Assembly: GCF_011386835.1 (NCBI RefSeq)
Contig: NC_088796.1
Span: 9,796,001-9,860,000 of the forward strand
Length of the DNA: 64,000 nucleotides
From: Chrysemys picta bellii
Lineage: Eukaryota
Reading direction: 5' to 3'
The notes under the pieces are model-generated. The model did no database searches. It saw only the letters and a list, made by a program, of their open reading frames with translations, and was not told where the DNA came from. The first letter of the stretch is position 1. Each line of letters begins with the position of its first letter. Of this stretch, positions 40,516 through 54,956 are shown piece by piece. The translations under genes were made by a program, and so were the position numbers.

Positions 40516-40661
40516 TAACAAAGAGTCCTGTGGCACCTTACAGACTGACAGATGTATTGGAGCATAAGCTTTCATGGGTGAATACCCACTTCGTCAGATG
40601 CATGTTACTCTTTGTTACTTTTTAGAGATCCAGACTAACACGGCTACCCTTCTGATACTTG
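40516..40661. mobile_element. Penelope pseudo-LTR inverted insertion (family B)
   Basis: 14-bp TSD acatccttgaatgg at 40502-40515 and 40662-40675; tail cagactaacacggctacc. Confidence 0.85.
40562..40601 (-). ncRNA. Putative minimal hammerhead, canonical core
   Basis: Minus: GCAT-CTGACGA-A-GTGGGT(ATTC)ACCCAT-GAAA-GCTT-ATGC. Confidence 0.75.
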
Positions 40662-41332
40662 ACATCCTTGAATGGCTTTTCTTTAGGTGATTACTTCATG
40701 AAAAAACTCCACTGCTCAAGCTCAGTACATGATTTTCAAATGTTCCTAACTTGGCAAAATCAAAACCAGTTTCCTCCAGAAGGCAGTTATGGACTATCTC
40801 GATAAAGGCTTAATTCCATTCCAAATTTCAACTTTAAACCTTGTGAATATTTCTGTAAAATTACTAGACTTGTTTATTTTGAGTAGAAGTAAGGGACATA
40901 AAGTATTAGTGCATAGTTTGTCTAATGTTCATCACATTATCCTAAGATGTTACTCAACTTTTAGATTAATTTGAATTGCTAGTGCTGTTTAGCTTTTTCT
41001 AGTCTAGCAGAAAAATATATTTACTATGGAAGCATTTTTGATGCTCATGGTAATTACGCAATAACTCTGCAATGCAAATTTAATTTTATGGGTTATTTTA
41101 AAGGAAGAGCACTTCAGTTTGTGATAGTGATTTTAAATCTGTTTCTGCTTTGGTGAATAAGAAAATGCGAACAAAGATCTAAACCGTAGCATGAAAACAT
41201 AACTTGCTACATTTTTTTTGTTTAACGTTATCTGACAACTTTGAACATAACACATTATTGAATTCAACCTTGACATTCTTATAAGTCGCAAGATTGATAC
41301 CAGAAGTGTCTCTTCACAGAGTATGGTAATAG

Positions 41333-41536
<204 letters not shown>

Positions 41537-41817
41537 TGATTAGATGTGCTACTATTGGCACAAAGGACAGTAGTGTGCCACTATTGGACCTGTAGACTTA
41601 ATAATGTTCAAATGCATTGTAGGTAGAATTTATTAAAAAACAGTGATTGATAGTTAACTTTTCACATTTTTCAAGTACCTGAAATGAGAGGAATTCATCA
41701 TTTAGGTAATATAGTAGCACAGTGATACTGATAAATATTGGATAACCAGTGAACACTTATATGATTGCAAGATATGTTTGGGAAATCTATTTTCCTGCCT
41801 AACAACATGAGGCCAGT

Positions 41818-42385
41818 GTGATGGGTTATGCCCCTTAGGAAGTCACCTGATGTGCTGAGATACCACTGAGTCTACCTGTTCTGCCAGCATGGGCCCCCTT
41901 TAACCTATCTTGCTGAGCCAGGCTATTAAAGCCTCCTTTAACACGCACACAGGCAGGGCCGCACCCAGCTGCAGATCAGCTCTGGGAAGACTCAGTTTAA
42001 GGGACTTGCTTCAGCACTCAGGTGTCCATCTCCTTTGGAATGCAGACCCAAAGGTATATTATGAAATCTGCCTCCTCCCTCAATGTGGAAGAAGGTATGC
42101 ACAACTTCTAGCCCTCCCCCCAGTTAGAAATGACAGAAACTGGGTTATATTATAAACAAAACAAATTTTATTAGCTACAAAAGGCAGATTTTAACTGGTA
42201 AGAGGGGTAGCAAACAGAACAAAGCAGATTACTAAGCAAATGAAACCGAACATGCAAACTAAGCTAGTTTCACTAAAGAAATTGGTTGCAAATAGTATTT
42301 CTCACCCTAGATATTGTTGCATGCAGATTACAGAAAGTTTTGAAAGGCTGCTGCACTGGTCTCCCTCTTGAAACCTCAGGTGTTA
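41818..42385. mobile_element. Probable LTR, same family as 37348-38070
   Basis: Starts tgtgatggg; shared sequence blocks with 37348-38070; right end uncertain. Confidence 0.5.
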
Positions 42386-42897
42386 TTACTCACAAGCTAG
42401 ACGCTCTTCCAACTTGGGGTTTTTTTGTCAGAAAAATTATTCCAGTGAAATTTTTCCCACCATTTCTAATGTTAATATTGTGAGCATTGTTGGCATTAGG
42501 GACTCATTGATGACTTAGTTGTAACTTCACTGTCACCATTAGATTACAGGAGCGAAGTGTGAAAGCAGTATAACGCTGGCAAATAGAATTGTGTAAGCGA
42601 TACTATATGCAGGACTTTAAAATATTTGTTTTAATTTCACTTTCGTGGTGTATTAAATCATCCCATACTGATCTAATGTTAGAAGAAATAAGGTGACTTT
42701 CAGATTTTAAGCATATGTAGCCTTGTAAATGTACATACAGTATTAGATTTTAGGATTTCATTAATACATAAGAATACTACGTTTCTCTATGCATTTCATT
42801 TTATTTCAAAAGTTGCTCTTTATACCTCACTGTGTTCTTGATTCCCCAGTTTATCCATTTTTCAAGAATTAAGCTAATGACAAACCTACTATTCTGA

Positions 42898-43140
<243 letters not shown>

Positions 43141-44606
43141 TAACATCCAACAAATTATAGTTTTGGATTATACTGCCCTTTTTTTTTTTTTTAATATTAA
43201 GACTACATCAGATGATCTAAAGTTGACTTGTTAGTAATTTATAGCTCGAGATTGAACGTATTACTGAAGTAGCAAGTAGGGAGCAGACTTTACCATGCAC
43301 AATATTAAATACTTCTTTCACAGTGTATGTTGGGTACTGATGTCAGTGGAGGGGCCCTTTTTAGAGATGTATATAATGGGAGTCTATTAATTGCAGTTAA
43401 ATATCAATATTCTCATACACAATACATTTTTGTTCTCAGCTTCTCATTTTATACTGCTGTGCCTATTCTAAGTCTTGTGTGTTTCATTGTAATAGAATTG
43501 TTTCTGAGTTCTGAAGGGAAAACAAATTCATAAATAAAAGTGGCATGGAAATGAATTATTTTTCCTTTACAGGCTAATGTACAAACACAACAATAAGACT
43601 GAAATTCCTGTTTTGTGCAAATTAAGGACTGCTACAAGTTTTGTTAGTTACAAAATTGGTTGACTAAAATGTGCATTGCTGGAAAGCAACACTCAGCAGA
43701 TTAAAATGAAATTGAGTTGCTTATTGTAACTGCCTCTAATTAATTTTGTCCTCAAATCAGGAAATTTGACACTGACACCTTTCAAGTTTTAGCTGAGATG
43801 TTAGAAAAACAATGATAAAATTAATGGGTAATTACTAATTAGAAAGTAATGCTAGCTCCAAAAATCCTAATTGTTCTTTATAAAATTGTTTAATTTTTCA
43901 TAGGCTCTTTCACACAATCTCAAAGCAATTTCAGGATCTATTAATTGTGTGCCTGTTGTAAAAAGACTTTTTGCAGACAGATCTGGCAGCTATTATACAC
44001 TCAACTGAATTCCAAAATACAGTACAAATTTAAACATGTTTTTTAGTACTAGTTATATTGATATTCAACAATCTTGATTATTACACCAAGGTATCCCTGC
44101 TTGTTCCTGTGGTTCTACTACTGTTTGGTTTAAAAGTGGTTCCATGTGTCATCCTGTCAATTCCTAGAATCTTAAATACATGTCTAGAATCCTTAATATG
44201 TTTTCTCGATGTTTCTAACTCATGTCGTTATAATCATCCACGCAAAGATATAAAAATGATCTGAAATACATGTTTAAAAAAACCTGTACGTTGAAATTGA
44301 GAGAGAGAGAGAGATTCTGGAAACTTTCATAAGCAAAACTTTTTTTAAAAAAGGAAATACGCAATGGTAGAAGTTTTAGAGAAACGGAAATGGGCAAATG
44401 TTTTAAAAACAATAGGCAAAATGTTTACAATTGAATTGGACTCGTCAAATGGTGCACTAGCAAGCCTTTGTAAATATGGAGCTATCCTTTTAAAACTCAT
44501 TCTTCCTATCTACCCTTCTGTACCCTATTGTTTGTGAAACTGGTTGCATCTGTCTTAATTACTGTAGCTTGTAAGGTCTTAGAGGCAGTGACCATATAAT
44601 ATAGTT

Positions 44607-45880
44607 GTAGTGGTTTATCTCTCTGTAGTTAAGCATGGTCGTTGTCTCAATTACACTCTTCCTGGTAGGGTAGTTTAGCCCTCTGGCAAAACGTTACCTC
44701 TTCCCTTTTTGAGGTAAACAAGAGTCCAACAGAACTGAAGTCCACAAACCTTCAGCCCTTGGTGCATTAGTAAACTTTCATGGTGCAGGGGTTCACAGGC
44801 AGTTCTTTACTAAACACACACATTCCTTCCCAGAGTTCTTGCCCTCCTCTTAGGCTATTCCACAAGTTTTTTTTTTTTTTTTTTCCTATAGGCTCCCTCC
44901 ATGGTTTCCTCTCAGCTGGAGTCACTTCACTTCATGTTCTCTCCCTATTCTGAGAAGGTTACTTATGGTCCTAACCCAGAGGTCGGCAAACAATGGCCCG
45001 CAGGCCGCATCCCACCCGCGGGGCCATCCTGCCTGGCCCCTGAGCTTTCTGGCTGTCCCTGGCCCCTCCCCTGCTGTCCCCCTTTCCCCGCAGCCTCAGC
45101 TCACTGTGTCGGCAGCATGGCTGGCTCTGGCCAGGCAGCGTGGCTCAGGGGCAGATTTACCAGTGAACACAGGGTGCCCTGGGCTCTCATCAACAGGGGC
45201 CCAGGGCCGGGCACTCGGGCAGCTCAGCACCGGCGCACCCCCCACAGGGGGGAGGGGCTACACTGTGCGGGCAGGGGAGCAGGCAGGGGTCGGGGGAACG
45301 CGGGGAACATGGCTGGAGGACTCAGGAGTAGCACGGGGTAGCCGCGCAGCCAGCCGGAGAGAAGCGGCGCTTTGAAGGGGAAAACACCACTTCTCTCTGG
45401 CTGCGCGGCTGCCCCTGCTCCTCCTGAGTCCTCTGCCCATGTTCGCAGGGCCACATTCCAAAAGGGGCAGGTGGCGGTGGATAGGGGGTGGAGTTTCAGG
45501 GGGCAGTTAGGGGTAGGGGGTTCCGGGAAGGGGCGGTCAGGGGACAGGGAGTGGGGGTTGGATGGGCCAGGGGTTCTGAGGGGGGCAGTCAGGGGGTGGA
45601 AAGTGGGAGGGGGCGGATAGGGGGCAGGGGGCAGGCTGTTTAGGGAGGCATAGCCTTCCCTACCTGGCCCTCCATACCTTTTCGCAACCCCGATGTGGCC
45701 CTCGGACCAAAAAGTTTGCCCACCCCTGTCCTAACCCCTTTCCAAGAAGCTTTTGCTCTCAGCCTAAGCACCCTAGAATTTGCATGTCCCGGAATGCATT
45801 TGATGTGGGCTTTAACAGTAACAGGAGTGTACTGGACCTTGATTTGAGCAGTCTTTAAAGAGCCAGTACACCCTTAGACA
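44607..45880. mobile_element. Possible old solo LTR interrupted by a hAT MITE
   Basis: tgtagtgg start and ..gccagtacacccttagaca end; interior continues across the MITE TSD. Confidence 0.35.
44977..45728. mobile_element. GC-rich hAT-type MITE
   Basis: TIR cagaggtcggcaaac / gtttgcccacccctg; 8-bp TSD tcctaacc at 44969-44976 and 45729-45736. Confidence 0.85.
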
Positions 45881-47258
45881 TGTTCTCTGTATAACACTTA
45901 ACAGAAAGGCTCCCTATTCCTGATGCAGCGTCTTTGCATTGTTAATTATATAACAGTTGAAGTCAATCTGAGATCCAGAAACTCAGCATCTCTGAATATT
46001 TAGGTACTTAGTCTAACATTGGGGACCCAAAATAAAGAGGCAAATTCTGAAAACGTTAGCTTCGCTTCAGTTACTCTCTGTAAAAGATGGATAGTATGTA
46101 TTACTTTCCAAAGTGTATGAGGCTTCAATAAATAAGGGCAGAGAATAAAAGCCAATCAGCTGGGGAGATGGGAACAGAACTTTAGACCACTAGACTCCCA
46201 AACCTGTGCACACTTCCTTGGAGAGGGTATTTTTATAGGGACAGGAGTGGAACATGCAGCTGTAACTTAGTTTTCCAGCTAACAGAGTATGACCTTCTTA
46301 GCTGCCTCCTTTATGAACTTAGGAGTTACCCATGCAAAACGTTCTGCATTTCACAGAATGATTTTCAAAGGCTCATAACTCCAGAAAAACAAAGCTAATT
46401 TTCTGAAAGGCTTAAAGACATTCACTTCAGTTAGGACTATCTCCAAGCCAAATATCCGCTTTCTACCTTCAATTGTTACTTCTATAAAGTTGAACTATTT
46501 TATTATGAGGAAAGAGTATTTTTTGTCATACATTCAAACAGAGGAACATTTTCTTATTCTCTCTCTCTCTCCCCTCCCCCCCAATAAAATGTTCCTTGGA
46601 CGTAAGCCTAGCATTGAGATTTTGAGCCTGAAAGGTAATAATTTTCTAAAGCTGCGAACAGTTGGTAGTGACATTACTATGGGAAGTGTCATGCAACCTT
46701 AACCATAGCCGGTCACAATTAGCACCGCATTTTCATAGTTGTCAAGGTTTTGTGAAGTTGGAACGTGTGTGATATGAATAAATATATTGTTTTATTTCTT
46801 AGTTGTCGCCCTGAATCTGGTCAAACACAGTTCTTGAATTGCAGAGATTTAGCTAGAGTTCCAGTATGTCAGATTTGTTTACTGAAGAATGTGAGGCTTC
46901 CAGCATTTAATTTATAATTTCCCTAATTACATAACATTTTTCCAGCCTGACTCTCTAAGTCCACCTGATAATATTTTATTAGGAGTATAAAAACATAATT
47001 AGCAGAAACACATACATACTATGTTATTTTATTAGACCTCAAACAGGCTGGTGTAGTAAAAGGATTTGGGGACCAAACCAGTTACGATGTCTGTACACAT
47101 TTCAATTTATGGCAAATAAAATGTAGGTCCATGGTCTTGACTGAACTTTAGGTAACTTGAGTTAGTCACACACCATTTATGATAATCTGGTATCTACATT
47201 AAGTTTAACAAGTCTGAAGAGTTTCCAAATTACTGGTGTCTGGAAGAGTGTTGTAAGA

Positions 47259-47390
47259 CAATGGTTTTCAACCTTTTTTTTTCATTTGCAGACCCCTTAA
47301 AAAATTTTGAATAGAGGCATGGACCGCTTTGGAAACCTTAGACATAGTCTGCAGATTCCCAGGGGTCCACCGACCGGTTGAAAATCGCTG
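47259..47390. mobile_element. Short hAT-type MITE
   Basis: TIR caatggttttcaacc / ggttgaaaatcgctg; degenerate TSD ttgtaaga/tttaaaga. Confidence 0.7.
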
Positions 47391-48149
47391 TTTAAAGATC
47401 TTGGTTTAACTTCCTTACATTCAATAAATACCCACCATCTGGAATTTGACATTTACCCAAAGCCCCTCTCTCATAATTACATTATCATTTGTTGTTACTT
47501 CTAAAGGTGAAACTGGTATCACTGTTGTTAAATTAAAACCTTTGTTAAATTAAAACACAGCAATCAACAGAAAACAACATTAAATGGCTGGAAAGAAAAC
47601 TGAGCCAATGTATAAACTCTGATTTTGTTAAATGATGCACTTAAGCATTAATGCAGAGTATGAATTTTGATATGGAATGAATCTCTGACCTAATGCTCTG
47701 TTTTACTTATTTCCTGGATGGGCCCCAGTTTGTGTTCATTTCATTTTTATCAGATTTAAATTAATGTTTGAAAGCTAGCATGAAGCTTTAACAAAATATC
47801 TTTGTACCAAAACATTTATTCTCCTTTGTATTTGCTTCTTGTTTTGTGTCCATTTGCTGTTTGTATTGTGAACCTGTAAAACATTTTCGGATACAGTATG
47901 CATGAAGGGCTGCAGAAAATAAAGGCCCTGTTCTGCAACTCAGATTCACATGAAAATCCTTACACTGGGGACTTAATTTAGTTTTTCCACTGCAAAATCC
48001 TAAGCAGTGCAGCAGAGGGCAGTACTTATCCATGATAAATTCTGGCTGAAATTCCTCTTATCTCTGTGTTGTAATATATACTCCATAAGATAGTAAAACA
48101 GTGTGGGTTTGAATGTACATTCTGCTTGGCTCTGTCAACACCGGCTCTG

Positions 48150-48345
48150 CACTTGTAGGGCAACTCCCTTCTCTTCATGTGTCAGTATACTTATGCCTGC
48201 ATCTGTAATTTTCATTCCATGCATCTGAAGAAGTGGGTTTTTTACCCATGAAAGCTTATGCCCAAATAAATCTGTTAGTCTTTAAGGTGCCACCTACTCC
48301 TTGTTGTTTTTGTGGATACAGACTAACAACGCTACTCCTCTGATT
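48150..48345 (+). mobile_element. Penelope pseudo-LTR 3' fragment (family B)
   Basis: ..ttagtctttaaggtgccac..ggatacagactaac tail; start approximate. Confidence 0.75.
48221..48261 (+). ncRNA. Putative minimal hammerhead, canonical core, sense to PIK3C3
   Basis: GCAT-CTGAAGA-A-GTGGGT(TTTTT)ACCCAT-GAAA-GCTT-ATGC. Confidence 0.75.
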
Positions 48346-49071
48346 CTTCCTTAATAGTTTCCTTTCTAACTGGTAAGAGGCCTCAAAAATCTTATTCTGC
48401 ATCAGTTTGAGGGGGGAAAATATATAAATTGATATTTATGGTATTTTTTTTTAAGTGTGGAACCTTTTTATTAAAGATACCTGTATGGAACCAATCCTAC
48501 AAATACTTGGTATCCAGCCTTGTACTTACCACTGAGTCTCGCATTGACTTTGGTGCAAAAAGACTAGTTCTAGTCTGCTCTTGTGGTGGAGAAGCTAAAC
48601 ACAAACTTTTTCCAGGCAATATAGTTTGTATAACCACAAAGTCCCCCCTCCCCCCCCCCCCACCCCCCAAGCAGGATTTGTTTAAACAGCTCCTGGGCAA
48701 TGGGAGTCATAAATAAGGCACTACTGGACCCAGCTGTAGGTTTCGGTACTCGGTGCTATGTTCCATTTCCACGAGGAAATTCAACGGATCCCAGGAGCCT
48801 TTTATGGTTTTCGTTTAATAGGCCACAGCTGTCAGCTCCTTCAAGTCTCGCATTTCAAGTCCATTCCATGGGGCTTGTCTTTCCTCTCAACACATGGGAA
48901 GAGGTGTAATTCCTTTGTGGGATTGGGCACTTTCTGTAGAGGGTATTTTGTGCTTATAACAAATCTATAAAGTAAAATTAGTCCTTTATTAGGCAGAATG
49001 CAGCATTAAACATGAACACCAGTACATGAAAACAACCAAGATAACAATACATGTAGTAGTTCATGGGCTCT

Positions 49072-51200
49072 AATCATAGAATATTAGGGTGGGAAGGGAC
49101 CTCAGGAGGTCATCTAGTCCAACCCCCTGCTCAACACAGGACCAATCCCTAACGAAATCATCCCAGCCAGGGGTTTGTCAAGCCTGACCTTAAAAACCTC
49201 TAAGGAGGAGATTCCACCACCTCCCTAGGTAACCCATTCCAGTGCTTCACCACCCTCCTAGTGAAAAAGTTTTTCCTAATATCCAGCCTAAACCGCCCCC
49301 ACTGCAACTTGAGACCATTACTCCTTGTTCTGTCATCTGGTACCACTCAAAACAGTCTAGATCCATCCTCTTTGGAACCCGCTTTCAGGTAGCTGAAAGC
49401 AGCTATCAAATCCCCCCTCATTCTTCTCTTCTGCAAACTAAATAATCCCAGTTCCCTCAGCCTCTTCTCATAAGTCATGTGCTCCAGCCCCCCTAATCAT
49501 TTTGTGTTGCCATCTGCTGGACTCTTTAAAATTTTTCCACATCCTCTATGTAGTGTGGGTCCCAAAACTGAACACAGTACTCCAGATGAGGCCTCACCAA
49601 TGCCAAATAGAGGGGAATGATCACTTCCCTCGATCTGCTGGCAGTGCTCCTACTTATACAGCACATAATGCCATTAACCTTCTTGGCAACAAGGGCACAC
49701 TGTTGACTTCTATTCAGCTCCTTGTCCACTGTAACCCCTAGGTCCTTTTCTGCAGAACTGCTGCCTAGCCGCTCAGTCCCTAGTCTGTAGCAGTGCATGG
49801 GATTCTTCGTTCCTAAGTGCAGGACTCTGCACTTGTCCTTGTTGAACCTCATCAGATTTCTTTTGGCCCAATCCTCTCATTTGTCTAGGTCCCTCTGTAT
49901 CCTATCCCTACCTTGAAGTGAATCTACCACTCTTCCCAGTTTAGTGTCATCTGCAAACTTGCTGAGGGTGCAATCCATGCCATCCTCCAGATTGTTAATG
50001 AAGATTTTGAAGAAAACTGGCCCCAGGACTGACCCTTGGGGCACTTTGCTTGATATCGGCTGCCAACTAGACATAGAGCCATTGATCACTACTCGTTGAG
50101 CCCGATGATCTAGCCAGCTTTCTATCAACCTTATAGTCCATTCATCCAGTCCATACTTCTTTAACTTGCTGGCAAGAATACTGTAGGAGACGGTATCAAA
50201 AGCTTTGCAAAAGTCGAGGAATAACACGTCATTGCTTTCCCCTCATCCACAGAGCCAGTTATCTCATCATAGAAGGCAATTAGGTTAGTCAGGCATGACT
50301 TGCCCTTGGTGAATCCATGCTGACTGTTCCTGATCACTTTCCTCTCCTCTAAGTGCTTCAGAATTGATTCCTTGAGGACCTACTCTATGACTTTTCTAGG
50401 GACTGAGGTGAGGCTGACTGGCCTTTAGTTCCCTGAATCCTCCTCCTTCCTTTTTTAAAGATGGGCACTACATTAGCCTTTTTCCAGTCATCCAGGACCT
50501 CCCCCGATCGCCATGATTTTTCAAAGATAATGGCCAATGGCTCTGCAATCACATCCGCCAACTCCTTTAGCACCCTCAGATGCAGCGCATTCGGCCCCAT
50601 GGACTTGTGCTCGTCCAGTTTTTCTAAATAGTCCCGAACCACTTCTTTCTCCACAGAGGGCTGGTCACCTCCTACCCATGTTGTGCTGCCCAGTGCAGCA
50701 GTCTGGGAGCTGACCTTGTTCGTAAAGAAAGAGTAAAAAAAAGCATTGAGTACATTAGCTTTTGCCACATCCTCTGTCACTAGGTTGCCTCCCTCATTCA
50801 GTAAGGGGTCCACACTTTCCTTGACCACCTTCTTGTTGCTAACATATCTGAAGAAACCCTTCTTGTTACTCTTAACATCCTGTGCTAGCTGCAACTCCAA
50901 GTGTGATTTGGCCTTCCTGATTTCGCTCCTGCATGCCTGAGCAATATTTTTATACTCTTCCCTGGTCATTTGTCCAGTCTTGCACTTCTTGTAAGCTTCT
51001 TTTTTGTGTTTAAGATCAGCAAGGATTTCACTGTTAAGCCAAGCTGGTCGCCTACCATATTTACTGTTCTTTCTACACATCAGGATGGTTTATTCCTGCA
51101 ACCACAATAAGGATTCTTTAAAATACAGCCAGCTCTCCTGGACTCCTTTCCCCTTTATGTTATTCTCCCAGGGGATCCTGCCCATCAGTTCCCTGAGGGG
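49072..51200 (-). mobile_element. 5'-truncated CR1 LINE (ORF2 RT fragments + 3' tail)
   Basis: Minus ORFs [77 protein letters not shown]; 3' tail attctatgatt. Confidence 0.95.
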
Positions 51201-52689
51201 CGTAGGGGGGAAAGAAAAGAAAAAATGAATCCAGGGTCTTTTAAATAGTATGTCCTCCTTTTTTTTTTTTTTTTTTTTATTAAATCAGGGAGCTAGGATT
51301 GACGAGATTGACTTTACAGGAGAAACCGTAAAACTGACACTATACAAAGTGTTGTTGAATGCATAAAGTAAACAAAATGAACATAGATTTTTTCCCTTGT
51401 TTTTTACTGCTAACCATAGCTGATTTATTTTATTTTTATTATGTTTTAGTGTTCCTTTAATATTGAGGCATTTGTATTTTTTTTTTTTAGATTTATTTTA
51501 GTAAGCTCAATTATTTTTTCTCTGCCATGTATTGTTTCAGTACTGTAAAGAGTTTTAGTGGTAACTAACAATGTATTACCAGTAATTGCGTTTAATAGAT
51601 AAAAGTCAAATTGTGTAAGTCATATACCTTATCTTATCTTTTCAAACTTAAAAGCCTTTCTGATACATTAATACATATTTTGGCAATTAATATACAATGT
51701 ACCTGAGCCTATGTAACTTAAAATGTTCATATCATGCTTCAATATTGTTTCTGTAAAATACTTCAAAATAACAACATTGCAAGCGATTCCTTTTGTATGA
51801 GAATAGCCATTGTCTTGCATCTCATAGAATTGAGATGCATTATAACCTGTCATTGATTCCTATACATTTTTAATTTGTTGCTTCCAAAGCCAAGATCAGG
51901 CACTATGGCAGCATCTATGTAATGGGACACTTTGTCTTCCAGCAAAATATTCCGTTTCAAACAACATCAACCGATCATTGCAGCATCAAAAATCGTTGCA
52001 TATATAAATACTGGTACTTGAATGCCATCAGTCAATGTGCCCTTTGCTGCCTTAGAAAGAACTGCTAGTTGTGAAGCTGAATTGTAACAGACTTGATGGA
52101 ACACATTTAAAAAGAGTAAAGTTCCCTGAAGTTGCATCTTTTTAAACAACCAATCTTAAAACTTGTTTGTCTCTTCCATTTATTGAAGGCAACTGGTTTT
52201 GGAGAATTTTGTTTTGTTGCTTTTGTTGCCTCTTTTATTTTTATTATTGAAAGCATGGAGCCAGTCTGACTGTATCAGTAAAACAAGTTGCCATATGAAC
52301 GTAATGAACTCAAGGATTGTACCAGCTGTGAACTTTGTGGAGTCTTACCTAGAATGGGGACCCCAGCCTGACATTAGGGAAAGAACACTGGTTTGCTGCA
52401 TTCCTTGGTCTCATTTGGAGAGTGCTGCAAAGTCAGAACAGGATTGCAGGCCCCCAGACAATGGGGCTCTTGAACAGTTTCTTGTGCCTGATGCAAGCCC
52501 TGCAGTGTTCTCATTTCTTATTCATTGTTACAATTGGGTAGCCTAATGCAGCTCTTCTGAGGAGAAGACAAAGATAGTTCGACTCCAGATGCTCCCCAAA
52601 AATGCTGCAGGCACTATAAGTAGATTTGCTGAAGTTACCAAACCCTATTGTATATAAAATAAAGAAACTTTAAAACATACTTTAATCAG

Positions 52690-52694
<5 letters not shown>

Positions 52695-52723
<29 letters not shown>
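52695..52723 (+). repeat. (GA)n microsatellite
   Basis: About 14 GA units. Confidence 0.9.
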
Positions 52724-52726
<3 letters not shown>

Positions 52727-52958
52727 ATCAGCTTGTAAACATCTCCAAAACTAATTATCCTCCAAATCCCTCCTCCAAACTTCTTTTCTGTTATTCCTAC
52801 AAAACTAGCAGCCTTGCTATTGTCCTGAGACCACTGCCTATCATGCTGACTAATATTGTTTTCTTGGATTCCCCTAGCAGTAGCCATCTATCTATTGTCT
52901 TATCCTTAAATTGTGAGCTCTTTAGAGCAGGGGACTGCCTTACTATTCTGTGTTTTAT

Positions 52959-53675
52959 TAGGGTTACCATACGTCCAGTTTTTCCCGGACATGTCCGGCT
53001 TTTCGGTAATCAAACCCCCGTCCGGGGGGAATTGCCAAAAAGCCGAACATGTCCGGGAAAAATACCGGACAGGCACTTCCTCTCCCGCGGCTGCTCTGCT
53101 CCTCCCCGGACTCAGACTTTGGCTCTGTTTAAGAGCCAAGCTGCCCGAGCCAGCACTACCGGCTTCGGGCAGCCCCCGTGCCTCCGGACCCTGCGCCGCC
53201 GGCCGGGCACTTCCCTTCCCGGGCTCCAGCTGCTCTGCTCTGGCGGCGCAGGGTCCGGAGGCAAGGGGGCTGCCCGAAGCCGGTAGCGCTGGCTCGGGCA
53301 GCTTGGCTCTTAAACAGAGCCGAAGAATCAGAGGAGGAGCAGAGCAGCTGGAGCCGGGGAGGAGAAGTGCCCGGCTGGGGGCGCAGAGTCCGGAGGCATA
53401 GGGGCTGCCCGAAGCCCGAGTGCTACCGGCTTCACGGGCTCCAGCTGCGCTGGGGAAGCGCTGGCCGGGGACGCAGGGTCTGGAGGCTGCCCAGCAAACT
53501 GTGAAGCCGGTAGCGGTCGGGCAGCCCTTTTCGCGTGGCTGGGAGGGAGGAGGGGGAGTTAGGGCGGGGACTTTGGAGAAGGGGCGGAGTTGGGGTGGGG
53601 CCGTGGGTGGGAAAGGGGCGGGGCCAGGGCCCATGGAGTGTCCTCTTTTTTTATTTTTTAAATATGGTAACCCTA
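52959..53675. mobile_element. GC-rich hAT-like MITE inserted into an L2-like tail
   Basis: TIR tagggttaccata / tatggtaacccta; flanking gttttat direct repeat; same family as 23060-24164. Confidence 0.8.
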
Positions 53676-54956
53676 GTTTTATACAGTGCTCAGCACAATG
53701 GGGTTCTGATCCTGACTAGGGCCCCTAAGTGCAACAGTAATACAAATACAAGTGCAGAATATATCTATCTGGTTCACCTTAAAGTTTTTGTCGGTGCGTT
53801 AGGATTTAACATCTGCACACTGAATGAATTTTAACAATAAGCACATCACATTACACTCTCCTTTCTACTTCACTTTCCTCCTCAAGCACAGACTGTCCTT
53901 GTCCACATTAGTAAAATTAGGACTTGCAGAATAGCATTGGTGGTAAATTACCAGTGGTAGCAATGATGGAGAATTAGGAATTGTAATTTTCCAGTAGAGG
54001 TGCAACCACCATGAGGTTTCTATTGCTTTCTTTTAGCAGATGTGACCTTTTAGTGGTGACAACATAACTAGGGGAAACTGAATGCTACCATCCCATTTTC
54101 ATGAGAGGAAGTTCCCCCTTTTGGCTGTGGCCCACCTTTCAGAGCATAAATTTAGCTACATAATAAATATAGGATCCTGGATAGCAATCTTTCAAAATTA
54201 CCATGGAAGCTGTAGTTTGAAACAAAATTAATGCCATCTTCAAAATTTAAATTCAGAGAGTCAGTTAATTACCTTCCTGAAAATGGGGAAAGATGAATTT
54301 GGAGTAGTTTGAGGGGACTTTCAGCTTATTAAAATGTAAGAAGCCCTTTGGCAGTGTTGTTAAAAATCTAGTTTGCATTTGTGTGATAACTTTCATTCAA
54401 GGACTTCCAAATACTCAAGAGGCTTTAAGTAGTTAATCCTCACAACACTCCAGTGAAGTAGATAGGGGATGGATATCACAAGAAACAAAACACCTGCTAG
54501 TGAAATGTGTCTATCTGAAACGGCAGGGAAATCTAAATAGGTGGAGTGTAATTACCTGACATAGAATTCAGCCAGAACACTGCTCTTGTAAAAAGTGCGG
54601 TTGGATCTTAATGATCATAAATTGCTGGGACCTACGTTTTGTCATATGAGCGCCTGCAGGTCCTTGTAGCATTTATTCAGTAGTGAGTTAAAGGAAAGAC
54701 CACTCCTTGCAGCACTGAGTTTTCCTTGGTAGTCTCCCAATTTAAGTGCTAACCTGGTGTAATCCTACTTCAGTTTGCAAGATTCTGACTAGGTGACAGT
54801 ACTGGCAAAGCTGCAGGTATTAATGCTTAAGCATACGGGGGCAGAGTTTTAAAACTGAAGGGTTCTTATTTTTGTTTATTTTCCCCTTCAGTCTACAGTC
54901 ATAGCTCTTCACCTACCTGTATTTAGGGGGCTCAATGGCTATCACTTATATATAAG

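Noticed and set aside
52693-53834. Cluster of 100-240 aa ORFs on both strands
   Set aside because: Produced by a GC-rich MITE and a GA microsatellite
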